Positions 19,670 to 28,934 are shown, numbered from the stretch's first letter. The stretch: DNA of 37,320 bases from Candidatus Thorarchaeota archaeon (GCA_048884785.1 JBHLQM010000029.1:1-37320), one strand, 5' to 3'. Notes: a model not told the origin generated them from the sequence alone. Translations and numbers: made by a program.

Positions 19670-20107
19670 CTATGGTTCGATGAGAATCTCGTGCTCATGT
19701 GTAGTAGGGCACTTCATGCTGTTTGCAATGAAACAGTACTTGGCACCTAATTCCAAAGCTCTCTCAAACTTATTACGTAGGTCTTCTGAATCAATGACAA
19801 GTCTGGTCTTTGTGTGTATCTTTGTAATCTCATAACTTCTGTCCACCAGCTCCAAATAACCAGCTGATTCTGCCTCGAATGCCTTGAATTCAATACGCAT
19901 CTTCTTTGTGAAATATACAAATGAATTCATGAAGCACACAGCTCCGGCAGCCACAAAGAGTTCCTCAGGTGTATAATCCTGCACATTTTCTTCTGACCCT
20001 AGTCTGAGGCCAGTCCAAATCTCATTTCTCCCCTCAACAATTACTTTCCCTGATTTGTCTCCGGTCCATTTTACCTCTACTCGGTGCTCAGCTTGTCTTT
20101 CATTCAT
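19670..20107 (-). CDS. OsmC/Ohr-like family protein (copy 2)
   Basis: TPEELFVAAGAVCF, KYCFIANS; paralogous to the neighbouring gene. Confidence 0.88.
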   Translation of the reverse strand: MNERQAEHRVEVKWTGDKSGKVIVEGRNEIWTGLRLGSEENVQDYTPEELFVAAGAVCFMNSFVYFTKKMRIEFKAFEAESAGYLELVDRSYEITKIHTKTRLVIDSEDLRNKFERALELGAKYCFIANSMKCPTTHEHEILIEP

Positions 20108-20148
20108 AGTCGACACTCCCAAGAGTTGGGAATCAAATGAAATATGGT

Positions 20149-20928
20149 TTATGGAATCGTATCAGATTTTCTAGCCTTGAACACAAGAAAGAACGGCACC
20201 CTCTGTTCTCGTTCGAAGAAATCGTCGGAGGTGTTTGGTACAGGTTCGTCCATCACTTCAATTTGAAAACTTGAATTGACAAGGGCATTCACGTAGGTAG
20301 AGATGGTTCTATGATAGAACGTGATTGGCTGAGGAAATCTCTCTCCATCCCTCTTCTGCCAGTATCGCTCATACTCCTTCTCATCCATGTAATCATCAAC
20401 CTTGAAGAACAGACCCTTTCTTCTGCTTGTGTCAGGATCTTTTTCTCCCATCTCCCAACTTCCTGGACCATAGAAGTTGAATGCAGGATGCACAATGGAG
20501 AAGACCAAGGTTCCTCCGTGTTTCAGAATTCGATTGAATTCATTCATACTCTCTGATAGGCATGAAACGTTGAGTAGTACAAGGTTACAGAGAACGACAT
20601 CAAAGACAGACTCTGAAAATCCTTCCAAATCACAAATGTTTCCGACTTGAAATGAAACTGATGTATCCTTTGACTTTTCTCTTGCTATCTCAATCAGATT
20701 TTCCGAGAAATCCACTCCAGTTACAATAGCCCCTTTTTGGGCATAGAATCTAGAAAGATAGCCCTCGCCACATCCAGCATCAAGCATACTCTTCCCTTGG
20801 ACATCACCGAGTAGCTTCTCGATACAGGGATTCAAAATCCGCTGGTGATGGGGAGTTCCCTTGTTTGATATCAAGTCTGCAAAGGCCTGAGCATTTGCTT
20901 CCCATTGCTCTCGTATCAAATCAACCAT
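20149..20928 (-). CDS. Class I SAM-dependent methyltransferase
   Basis: LDAGCGEG, FDVVLCNLVL, GGTLVFSIVHP, YHRTISTY. Confidence 0.92.
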   Translation of the reverse strand: MVDLIREQWEANAQAFADLISNKGTPHHQRILNPCIEKLLGDVQGKSMLDAGCGEGYLSRFYAQKGAIVTGVDFSENLIEIAREKSKDTSVSFQVGNICDLEGFSESVFDVVLCNLVLLNVSCLSESMNEFNRILKHGGTLVFSIVHPAFNFYGPGSWEMGEKDPDTSRRKGLFFKVDDYMDEKEYERYWQKRDGERFPQPITFYHRTISTYVNALVNSSFQIEVMDEPVPNTSDDFFEREQRVPFFLVFKARKSDTIP

Positions 20929-20990
20929 ATCTCACACCGATGTATGCCATGTTCTAAAGTTTTGGCAAGAGAAAGAATCAGAGCCCAGCA

Positions 20991-21383
20991 CTAAATCCTT
21001 TCCCAGACTTTGTGAACTTTCCTACCCGTTTCTTCAATAACTGGCTGCATTCGATCTCTGGGTGCAAATCCGAGCTCCACGCCCATCTTCATTATAGATG
21101 AATGCGAAACTATGACTTTGTCATCCTCCTCGGAAACAATAAAGCTGCATGGCATGACCAATGCCATATCTGTTGAAACATCCATGGCCTTCTTAGCAAG
21201 CTCTGCATTGCATGCTAGAATGAAGGTCCTACGAGGATAGTCTATGCCCAGTTTCTTCTTGAACATATCATGCATGCCTTTCGTCAATAGAATAGTGAAC
21301 CCACCTTCCTCTACAAGTGTTTCGACCCTCTTGACAGCATCCTCAAAACCCAAGTCTAGTTCTTTTCGTAAAATCTCTGGCAT
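20991..21383 (-). CDS. DUF302 domain protein
   Basis: FEDAV...GFTIL...KKKLG...ILACN...MPC pattern. Confidence 0.82.
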   Translation of the reverse strand: MPEILRKELDLGFEDAVKRVETLVEEGGFTILLTKGMHDMFKKKLGIDYPRRTFILACNAELAKKAMDVSTDMALVMPCSFIVSEEDDKVIVSHSSIMKMGVELGFAPRDRMQPVIEETGRKVHKVWERI

Positions 21384-21437
21384 GACATGGACAGAGAAGC
21401 AAAAGCAAATAGGCATTGGCATTTGGCATAGAATCAG

Positions 21438-21950
21438 CTATGGCTCAAGCAGGTCAGAGATATGCATTGAAAGCAAAATCTCATCCGAGTAGTCATCACC
21501 AAACTTGAGTCCGTTCCTAAAAACGCCAAATCTTTGAAATCCGATACGCTGGTATGCACGAAAGCCATCTTCGTTTGATGCCTCCACACTAATCTGAATG
21601 AATTCGATACCATGTGGTCTAAAGTGGGCTGCAATATCTCTCATCATATTTTTCGCGATGCCACGACCTCTGAAGTCCTTTCTCACAACGACTTGTACCA
21701 TCTCAATCCTGTGCCGCTCTCCAGCCCACTGTTTTCGCACACCAGTACAGATTCCAACCACTTCTCCCTCACACACACCGCACACGCTGTACACCTCTTC
21801 AGGTCCCGGCGCCAGTAAATCTCTCCTCTGTTGAATCACAGTATCGGTATTTACCTCTTGGAAAAGGTTTCTTGCAATTGAGTCGGCATGTGCTTCAGAA
21901 TAGGCCTGAATTACCACCAAAGCTCCACTTAGAACATCATCGTTTGTCAT
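21438..21950 (-). CDS. GNAT family N-acetyltransferase
   Basis: VRKDFRGRGIA acetyl-CoA motif, N...YQRIGF. Confidence 0.9.
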   Translation of the reverse strand: MTNDDVLSGALVVIQAYSEAHADSIARNLFQEVNTDTVIQQRRDLLAPGPEEVYSVCGVCEGEVVGICTGVRKQWAGERHRIEMVQVVVRKDFRGRGIAKNMMRDIAAHFRPHGIEFIQISVEASNEDGFRAYQRIGFQRFGVFRNGLKFGDDYSDEILLSMHISDLLEP

Positions 21951-22255
21951 CGTGATGAAATTCAAACATTACTGAATACTCAAGAATGTAACGATATTTC
22001 AGGTTCCATTGGAATCCTGAATAACCGATCTATTCTCAGGGAGTGCATCTTCTTTCCACCAGAGGTCTTCATTGTCCTCTGAAGGAAACAGTGCCTTGTT
22101 TCTCAGAGTGTAGTAGTCAATCAATAGTTGCACTACTATATGAAACGCATGAAAGTGGTTTCTGATCGAAGAGCCGTCATATGTTGGCTATAGACCCAAA
22201 TGTGACATGACCCTTAGGAAAGAACATCACAAAACACCATGAAGTGACATTGAAA

Positions 22256-23038
22256 ATGACTTCATTGACAGAGAGATTAAAACAGTTAGCGCGAGAACTA
22301 GGGTTTGCATCAATTGGCATATCGAACCCAGACATGCTTGAGGATTTACCATACGGACAGGTTGGTAAAATCATAGCATTGCGTTCTCCTGTTCAGGAAC
22401 TACCTGGAGTGAAATCAATAGTTCTTCTTGCCTTCCATACTTGGGATAGAATATTCTATCTCTCAGTGGACCCACCTGAGTGGCGAGGGTATGGTCTTCA
22501 TTCTCCTGAAGAGAAGTTTGAGAGCTACTATTTGGTATATGAAATTATGAAGAAGCAGGCCTGGGAGATTGTTGACTACCTTAGAAGAGAGGGACATGAA
22601 GCTATGTACTCATCGAGAATCCCAATGAAAACCACTGCCATTAAGTGTGGCTTAGGGTGTCAAGGGAAGAACACACTATTGGTCACTCCTCAGTATGGAC
22701 CAAGAGTGAGTCTGATATCAATACTCACCAGTGCTGATTTGGAGATGGATGATCCATTTGTGAAGGACCTGTGTGGTGATTGTAATCTCTGCGTGACAGC
22801 CTGTCCAACTAAGGCACTTGAACCGTATAAGATTACAATAGAAAAATGTATGACCTATTCGGCAGAATCACCGTGTTCCCAGGATGTTCCTCTCCACGTG
22901 CGTGAGATGGAAAAGAAACTGGTTCCACGTCCAACAAGGAACAGCTTTATTGAATGCACTAAATGCATGGATGTCTGTCCAATCGGAAAAGGCTCTCAGA
23001 AATGTCGACAGATGGAAGGGATGATAAGCACAGAATGA
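22256..23038 (+). CDS. Epoxyqueuosine reductase (QueG)-like cobalamin/2x[4Fe-4S] protein
   Basis: GLGCQGKNTLLVTPQYGPRV, CGDCNLCVTACP, CTKCMDVCP. True substrate not assignable. Confidence 0.85.
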   Translation: MTSLTERLKQLARELGFASIGISNPDMLEDLPYGQVGKIIALRSPVQELPGVKSIVLLAFHTWDRIFYLSVDPPEWRGYGLHSPEEKFESYYLVYEIMKKQAWEIVDYLRREGHEAMYSSRIPMKTTAIKCGLGCQGKNTLLVTPQYGPRVSLISILTSADLEMDDPFVKDLCGDCNLCVTACPTKALEPYKITIEKCMTYSAESPCSQDVPLHVREMEKKLVPRPTRNSFIECTKCMDVCPIGKGSQKCRQMEGMISTE

Positions 23039-23121
23039 TATCGTGTATTGACAACTTATGCAAATGAATGCTTGTTGTCCGATTTCTCTAGATATCTGAT
23101 TGATTGAGGATGTGAAAGGTA

Positions 23122-23229
23122 ATGATACAATGCAGACGATGCAAAAAGAAAATTAGAGGCGAGCCAAGTTACGTTGGGTCCCCACCTCGTCCCTACTGCA
23201 AGAATTGTGCAGGAAAAGTCACCGACTAG
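23122..23229 (+). CDS. 35-aa CxxC..CxxC zinc-finger micro-protein
   Basis: MIQCRRCKKKIRGEPSYVGSPPRPYCKNCAGKVTD*; purine-rich upstream; below the ORF-track cutoff. Confidence 0.65.
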   Translation: MIQCRRCKKKIRGEPSYVGSPPRPYCKNCAGKVTD

Positions 23230-23272
23230 TCAGAATAGATGAATGATCCATGTGGAAAATCAAACACAATGA

Positions 23273-23317
23273 ATGGTGGACCGGGTGAGATTTGAACTCG
23301 CGACCTTCTGAATGCGA
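23273..23317 (-). repeat. Direct repeat of the tRNA-Ala 3' half (att-like site)
   Basis: 44/45 identical to 24812-24856 (one mismatch at 23286); runs from the anticodon loop to CCA. Confidence 0.93.
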
Positions 23318-23441
23318 GTTCTGAGATTCAAACTTGAAGGCCCACAGGATTTCAGAAGAGGTATTGGATTAGATATTGACTAAGATGGGTGAAAAACTAG
23401 AAGAGCTAGAAATTCAGATAATCGAAGTTTTGGCATTTCAA

Positions 23442-24119
23442 TCATGCATAAACTTCTGGCTCCTGAAGCTCCTCCGACTTGCTATCCTGAACCGAGGTCA
23501 TTGATCGAGGTCCAGAGCCAAAACCCAAGTATATAGTCATAGTAAAACTCAGGATTATTAGGAGCGGAACTAGCCAGAATAAAATGCTCCATATATTAGT
23601 ATCAAACATTATCTGCGCGTAAAAATCAAAACCTCTCTCTCTTAGAAAGAATTCTGGATTTGAGTATGCCAAAAAGACTTCATTCAGAACTACAACTGAT
23701 GGTATTACCGTCAATAATCCAATGGTATTCACTGAATAAGCCATGCGCCATGATATCTTGTTATTCATCCAAAATCCGTAGACCAATATCAAGGCGATTA
23801 CGCCTATCACCAGCGGTAGAACTGTAGCTAGGAAAAACGTAAGGAGTTTTAGTCCTGTAGGTCCAAAATAGTAGTTATAAAATCCCCAAACGTCTTCCCT
23901 AACGAAGTATACTATATTCATGACATCAGTAACATATGACGATATCACTCCAATGAGTAGCAGCAGAGTAGCTATAATCAATTGAAGAGATGCGGCCTTT
24001 GTCTGTATACTTAGTGACATTATAGATGTCCAAGGTTTCTGATACCATCTTCCAGACGCCTCAATCAAAGTAGGAGGTATCTGGCAAACTCTTGATTCGT
24101 CCTTCACTATGTGTTCCAT
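23442..24119 (-). CDS. Hypothetical membrane protein (about 4 TM)
   Basis: Four hydrophobic segments; start overlaps the end of the upstream HTH gene (alternative ATG at 24020). Confidence 0.75.
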   Translation of the reverse strand: MEHIVKDESRVCQIPPTLIEASGRWYQKPWTSIMSLSIQTKAASLQLIIATLLLLIGVISSYVTDVMNIVYFVREDVWGFYNYYFGPTGLKLLTFFLATVLPLVIGVIALILVYGFWMNNKISWRMAYSVNTIGLLTVIPSVVVLNEVFLAYSNPEFFLRERGFDFYAQIMFDTNIWSILFWLVPLLIILSFTMTIYLGFGSGPRSMTSVQDSKSEELQEPEVYA

Positions 24120-24574
24120 TTGAGTCGTCTCCTGATAGTATTAAACAAAAAATCTCCGAGCTCAGTCGGAGGCATACCTGGCGGAATGGGAATGTCCCAT
24201 TCTTCAGCAAGTGTGTGGAGGGTTTCTTTGCATTGTTCCTCCATATCGCATAAACCACAGTTTCCCTTGTGGACATACCAGTTCTGTACACCAATCTTGG
24301 GAGAGTAGGTGATGAACGTTTGAGAGTCATATGCATGACAATATCCCTGAGCAATGCCATACTGAGCACTCAGTCGTTGTATCTTCACCCTGTTGACTGA
24401 TGCGGTGTGTTCTAGGAGTTTCTTGATTCTCGCTTCTGCTCTCTTCTGTTCCATGGATACAAATGGTCTTGACACCTTCAGATCTTTGGCAATATCTGAG
24501 GATTGATCCTTCTGACGCCTTCTGAGCCAGATGAGGCTCTGTTGCTTGGTTGGATATCGTAAGGTTGTGAACAT
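24107..24574 (-). CDS. HTH (sigma-region-4/LuxR-like) protein with C-terminal His/Cys cluster
   Basis: SSDIAKDLKVSRPFVS HTH; H-x3-C-x2-C-x5-C putative metal site. Confidence 0.8.
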   Translation of the reverse strand: MFTTLRYPTKQQSLIWLRRRQKDQSSDIAKDLKVSRPFVSMEQKRAEARIKKLLEHTASVNRVKIQRLSAQYGIAQGYCHAYDSQTFITYSPKIGVQNWYVHKGNCGLCDMEEQCKETLHTLAEEWDIPIPPGMPPTELGDFLFNTIRRRLKWNT

Positions 24575-24812
24575 GATGTTTTCTCCTTCAATCTATCATT
24601 TCTTCACTCTAAGATTTGCTCATCAGGTGTGTTGACAGAACATATAACCATGCAACAGTGATTGCGTTGTCCACTCGTTGTTTTCCACCCCAACCCAGAT
24701 CTGTAGCTGCGATTAACAAATCTTAATTAAAGATGTTAATAGGAATATGTTAACAATTAAGTAATAAATCATTCGGTGGTGTGAAGAGAGTAGAACCGTT
24801 AGAATGAATCCA

Positions 24813-24889
24813 TGGTGGACCGGGCGAGATTTGAACTCGCGACCTTCTGAATGCGAATCAGACGATCTACCAGTCTGATCTACCGGCCC
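24813..24889 (-). tRNA. tRNA-Ala(CGC), CCA encoded
   Basis: GGGCCGGTAGATCAGACTGGTAGATCGTCTGATTCGCATTCAGAAGGTCGCGAGTTCAAATCTCGCCCGGTCCACCA; G3:U70 pair, anticodon CGC. Confidence 0.96.
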
Positions 24890-24963
24890 ACATTTTTGCC
24901 CAAAGACCCTTAGACTTCTTAAAACCTTGTCTGATTGACTAATGTCGTTTCTTGGCTTTCTTT

Positions 24964-25254
24964 TCAAACATCAATTCCAAATGCCTGAGAGAACTTCTCA
25001 ATCTTCTTGTACTCGCTTAGGAATTCTCTCCCTTTCTCAGTTAAGGCATACACTCTATTTTCGCCCTCATGAAGCTCACGAATGAGTTCCTTTTCGAGCA
25101 ACTCATCTACATACTGTGTCAACCTATCATGCGATAGATTGGCAGCATAGAGGATTTTTGTAGGACCCGCACCTTCCTCACCCTCACTCTGGATTGCTCG
25201 CAGCATATCTGCGAGGATGCGTACCTTTGAACGATAGGCTCGTTTCCTACTCAT
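24964..25254 (-). CDS. Winged-helix transcriptional regulator (archaeal HTH_45-like)
   Basis: RSKVRILADML, TKILYAANLS, YALTEKGREFL. Confidence 0.9.
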   Translation of the reverse strand: MSRKRAYRSKVRILADMLRAIQSEGEEGAGPTKILYAANLSHDRLTQYVDELLEKELIRELHEGENRVYALTEKGREFLSEYKKIEKFSQAFGIDV

Positions 25255-25879
25255 CCTTCTCGGCCTGCCTCAACATGACCAAGAACGCGATTAAGCCTAG
25301 GAATTGAAACAACTGACTTGCAAGATAGAGAACGTATCCTCGTAGGTCCTCCATTGCGGATAATCCAAGCAAGTGACCAATAAGAAGCAGCAAAAATCCA
25401 ACTAGAACATACAATGCATATCGGTTTCTAACAGCCAAGTAATTCATTAATGTCTGGAGCACAACAATCAGCAGCACAAGTATCGCTAGAAATTCCAAGG
25501 GTGGTGATATCAGAAATGGGAGTGCCAGAAGCAGCGTCATTGAATTGCTGGTCATCCTTTGCCGCCGATGGGTCGATAATGCAAAGAGGGCATATGCCAT
25601 AATCTTCATGACTCCATAGGCAACTATCACCAAATTCATGACTGACAGGGCATCGGGATCTGTTTCTCCGCCTAAGACAAAGAAATAGAGAGTCCCAATT
25701 ACCCTACCAAACATGCCTACTGAGAGAACCAGGAATCCTGTTGATAGATCCGAGAGCCTCTTTTGACCTGTGAGTCGAAATGCATTGTTTGCATAATGAG
25801 AAACAATCAAGGCGATAATACCAGCTATTGCTTCCAAGATGAGATCGAATCGAATCAATGCGAGGATGATTTCTTGCAT
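25247..25879 (-). CDS. Hypothetical multi-pass (6-7 TM) membrane protein
   Basis: Almost entirely hydrophobic helices; overlaps the downstream wHTH gene by 8 nt. Confidence 0.8.
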   Translation of the reverse strand: MQEIILALIRFDLILEAIAGIIALIVSHYANNAFRLTGQKRLSDLSTGFLVLSVGMFGRVIGTLYFFVLGGETDPDALSVMNLVIVAYGVMKIMAYALFALSTHRRQRMTSNSMTLLLALPFLISPPLEFLAILVLLIVVLQTLMNYLAVRNRYALYVLVGFLLLLIGHLLGLSAMEDLRGYVLYLASQLFQFLGLIAFLVMLRQAEKDE

Positions 25880-26095
25880 TGGTATGTTCCTTTCCTAAGC
25901 TTCTCTGTTCTCGAATTATATTGAATGAATGAATCATCCTCTTTTGGGTAAATTTGTGATAGATACCCTCCAAAGAAGGTCAAAGAAATATATTCTTTCA
26001 GATTTTCGTAGTTAACATTACTTATATGCAAAAGTGATTCTAGTTCAGACCAATTCGTTGAACATTTCGCGAATAAATGATGGAGGCTTCTATCG

Positions 26096-27724
26096 TTGGA
26101 GAGAAACCAAATTTTGGCGATAGTAGTCATCATTGTGATTGTCGGCGGTGTTGCTGCTGGCTTTCTACTATTGAGTCAACCACCTGCTGAAGGTGAATCG
26201 GTTCTTATATTTGGAACCACAGACACAGTGGAAGCAAGCCTCGACCCGGCTCAGTCCTATGACTACTTCGGTTGGGAAATAATAACCGCGCTTGGTGCGG
26301 GATTAGTATCAATAATTCCTGGAACATCTGCTGGTGCAAATGATATCCGCGGGAATTTAGCATCATCGTGGTCAGTAGATACAAGCAAGACAGAATGGAC
26401 CTTCAACCTCAGACAGGGTCTGAAACACTATGATGGCAAACCATTCAATGCATCCTGTGTCAAATGGTCATTTGACCGTAACATTGGAATGGCACTTGAA
26501 GATGGTCCGCAGCTGAACATGGGTTATGGTGACATTATCGATGAGGTTGTTGTTGTTTCTGAGTATGTAGTCAGATTCGACCTACTCATTGCATTTGCTC
26601 CATTTTTGCAGCTCATGGCATGTGCAGCATCATACATCATCCATCCAGATCACCGACTTGATGCAAACTATGTCCAATACAATGAAACCGTCGGTGTTCG
26701 TGCTAGTCATCCAAATGATCTAGGCCCATACATACTTGCAAACTGGACACGTGTTGGTGGTACTGACAATCTAATGCGCCTTGTAAAGAATCCGAATTAT
26801 TGGAATACTTCCTTGCCAAGGACAGATGTCATTATCATCAATTTCTTCTCAACTGAGACAGCGCTTGCTTCTGCTATGACTTCTGGCCAGGTGGACATTG
26901 CATATAGACATCTTACACCTGCACAAGTTGACACATTCAGAGGTAATGCCAACTTTAAGGTCTGGGAAGGCGTTGGTGCATCAATCCAATACATGCTATT
27001 CCAGCAGAGGACATACCCATACAATGAAACACGAATACGCCAAGGAATTGCCGCTGCTTTGAACAGGACAAATCTGGCTTATACAGTGTTCCAGAACACA
27101 GTTGATCCGCTCTATAGCATTGTACCTGCAGGCATGGCCTATCACAAGCCATCCTTCGAGGTATATGGTGAGGCGAACTATACCTTCACACGGGATTGTC
27201 TCGATGATTTCGGATATGATGAGGACAACCCGCTTGAGATAGACCTCTGGTATGAGAGTTCAGCACACTATCCGTCCAGTGAGGCTCAGGCGACTATATA
27301 CAAGTCTGACCTGGAAGCCAGCGGTGTAATAGAAGTCACTCTACGTAGTGCTGATTGGCCAACCTACCGACAGCAGAGGAACGCAGGTACCATGGATGTC
27401 TTCATCTATGGTTGGTACCCTGACTTCATTGATCCAGACAACTACGGATTCCTACCGTTTGCATCATGGTTGAATCTCGGATACAATGAAACATATCCTG
27501 CTGGAGGCGTTGAACAGTACGACCTCTGGGTAGAAGGCCGCAGTGCTCAGACCGATGCTGCTCGTCAGGCAGCCTACTATGCATTGCAAGACCTTCAGGC
27601 AGAAGAGGTATCACTTATTCCTCTCTGGCAAGGCCGAAACAACTGTGTGACCAAGGCGAACATTGCTGGTATCATCTTGGATATCACAGTGAACTGGTAT
27701 CACTGGCTTGTCTATGCGACTTAG
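26096..27724 (+). CDS. dppA: Peptide/nickel ABC transporter substrate-binding protein (family 5)
   Basis: N-terminal anchor, SLDPA, WTFNLRQG, NPNYW, GWYPDFIDPDNY. TTG start after GGAGG. Confidence 0.92.
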   Translation: MERNQILAIVVIIVIVGGVAAGFLLLSQPPAEGESVLIFGTTDTVEASLDPAQSYDYFGWEIITALGAGLVSIIPGTSAGANDIRGNLASSWSVDTSKTEWTFNLRQGLKHYDGKPFNASCVKWSFDRNIGMALEDGPQLNMGYGDIIDEVVVVSEYVVRFDLLIAFAPFLQLMACAASYIIHPDHRLDANYVQYNETVGVRASHPNDLGPYILANWTRVGGTDNLMRLVKNPNYWNTSLPRTDVIIINFFSTETALASAMTSGQVDIAYRHLTPAQVDTFRGNANFKVWEGVGASIQYMLFQQRTYPYNETRIRQGIAAALNRTNLAYTVFQNTVDPLYSIVPAGMAYHKPSFEVYGEANYTFTRDCLDDFGYDEDNPLEIDLWYESSAHYPSSEAQATIYKSDLEASGVIEVTLRSADWPTYRQQRNAGTMDVFIYGWYPDFIDPDNYGFLPFASWLNLGYNETYPAGGVEQYDLWVEGRSAQTDAARQAAYYALQDLQAEEVSLIPLWQGRNNCVTKANIAGIILDITVNWYHWLVYAT

Positions 27725-27732
27725 AATCTGAA

Positions 27733-27772
27733 TGGTGCTGCATGCAAGTGTAGCACCAACTCCTCTTTTTTT
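27733..27772 (+). terminator. Hairpin plus T-tract after the SBP gene
   Basis: TGGTGCTGCA/TGTAGCACCA stem (27733-27758), then T7 at 27766-27772. Confidence 0.65.
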
Positions 27773-27911
27773 CTGAAAATTTTGCTGAATTCCAATTCTT
27801 ACTCAAGTACCAATACTCTTATCCCTGAATTTCATTTTCTGCGATGCGTTTAACATCAGGTTTACACCCTTTGTAAAAGAATCATCACCAATTCATGGAG
27901 GCTCGAATGAA

Positions 27912-28922
27912 GTGTCGCTCAGATCATATATTGTTGGCAGAATACTGCTCACTATACCAATGGTTATGTTTCTCTTGACTATAGTATTTCTAATACTTCG
28001 AGTGATTCCTGGAGACCCTGCATTACTTCACTTTGAAAAGAATGTGGACCCTGTAGTGCTTGAGGCATTCAGAGCGCGCTTAGGTCTAGATGTGCCAATC
28101 TGGGAACAGTACTTCAACTATCTCAGTGGCCTCCTCGTGGGTGATTTAGGTCTCTCAATGCATGATTTTTCACCCATAAGTGTCCATATTGCTGGAAGAT
28201 TTCCTGCAACACTTGAGCTTACTATCTATTCTATGCTATTTGCAGTTCTTCTTGGAGTAGCCTTGGGAGTTAGATCTTCAAAGAGGTACGATAAGCCTGC
28301 AGACCATGGAATCAGACTATTTGGAATTGTGACATATGCTATACCGGTGTTCTTCCTGGGAATGATTCTTCAGTTCATTTTTGGCATCTGGTTAGGTATT
28401 TTTCCAGTGAATGGAAGATTCGATTCCCATTATGCGACACCGACTCCTATAACAGGCATGTATACAATTGATGCACTTCTGTCACTGAACTTTACAGCAT
28501 TCTTTGTTGCAGCGAAATACATCATCCTCCCTTCAATTACCCTTGGTACGGTGTTATGTGGCATCTTTATACGATTGACACGAACCAATATGCTTGAAAC
28601 TCTGAGAATGGATTTTGTTGTTGCAGCAGAAGCAAGAGGACTCTCAGACGGTCTAATCACATATGGATATGCACTTCGGAATGCATTCCTGCCCATCATG
28701 ACAATGATTGGACTACAGTTTGCAGTATTATTGGCTGGCGCTGTTCTAACTGAAACGACCTTTAACTGGCTTGGGCTTGGAACATACCTTATAGATAGAA
28801 TAAATCATCGTGACTACACTGGAATTCAAGGAACTGTCGTATTCTTCGGCATATTGGTAAGTTTGGTAACGTTGGTCATGGATATACTATATGCATACCT
28901 TGACCCTAGGATAAGGCTTTAG
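27912..28922 (+). CDS. dppB: Peptide ABC transporter permease (DppB/OppB)
   Basis: PGDPA, RFPATLEL, EAA-like AEARGL, TETTFNWLGLG, LDPRIR. Confidence 0.93.
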   Translation: MSLRSYIVGRILLTIPMVMFLLTIVFLILRVIPGDPALLHFEKNVDPVVLEAFRARLGLDVPIWEQYFNYLSGLLVGDLGLSMHDFSPISVHIAGRFPATLELTIYSMLFAVLLGVALGVRSSKRYDKPADHGIRLFGIVTYAIPVFFLGMILQFIFGIWLGIFPVNGRFDSHYATPTPITGMYTIDALLSLNFTAFFVAAKYIILPSITLGTVLCGIFIRLTRTNMLETLRMDFVVAAEARGLSDGLITYGYALRNAFLPIMTMIGLQFAVLLAGAVLTETTFNWLGLGTYLIDRINHRDYTGIQGTVVFFGILVSLVTLVMDILYAYLDPRIRL

Positions 28923-28934
28923 GAGGTGCCAGAG

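Larger units (their letters stand above)
23273..24856. mobile_element. tRNA-Ala-integrated mini-island without integrase
   Basis: Bounded by the 45-bp direct repeat; contains two genes and an AT-rich tract. Confidence 0.75.
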
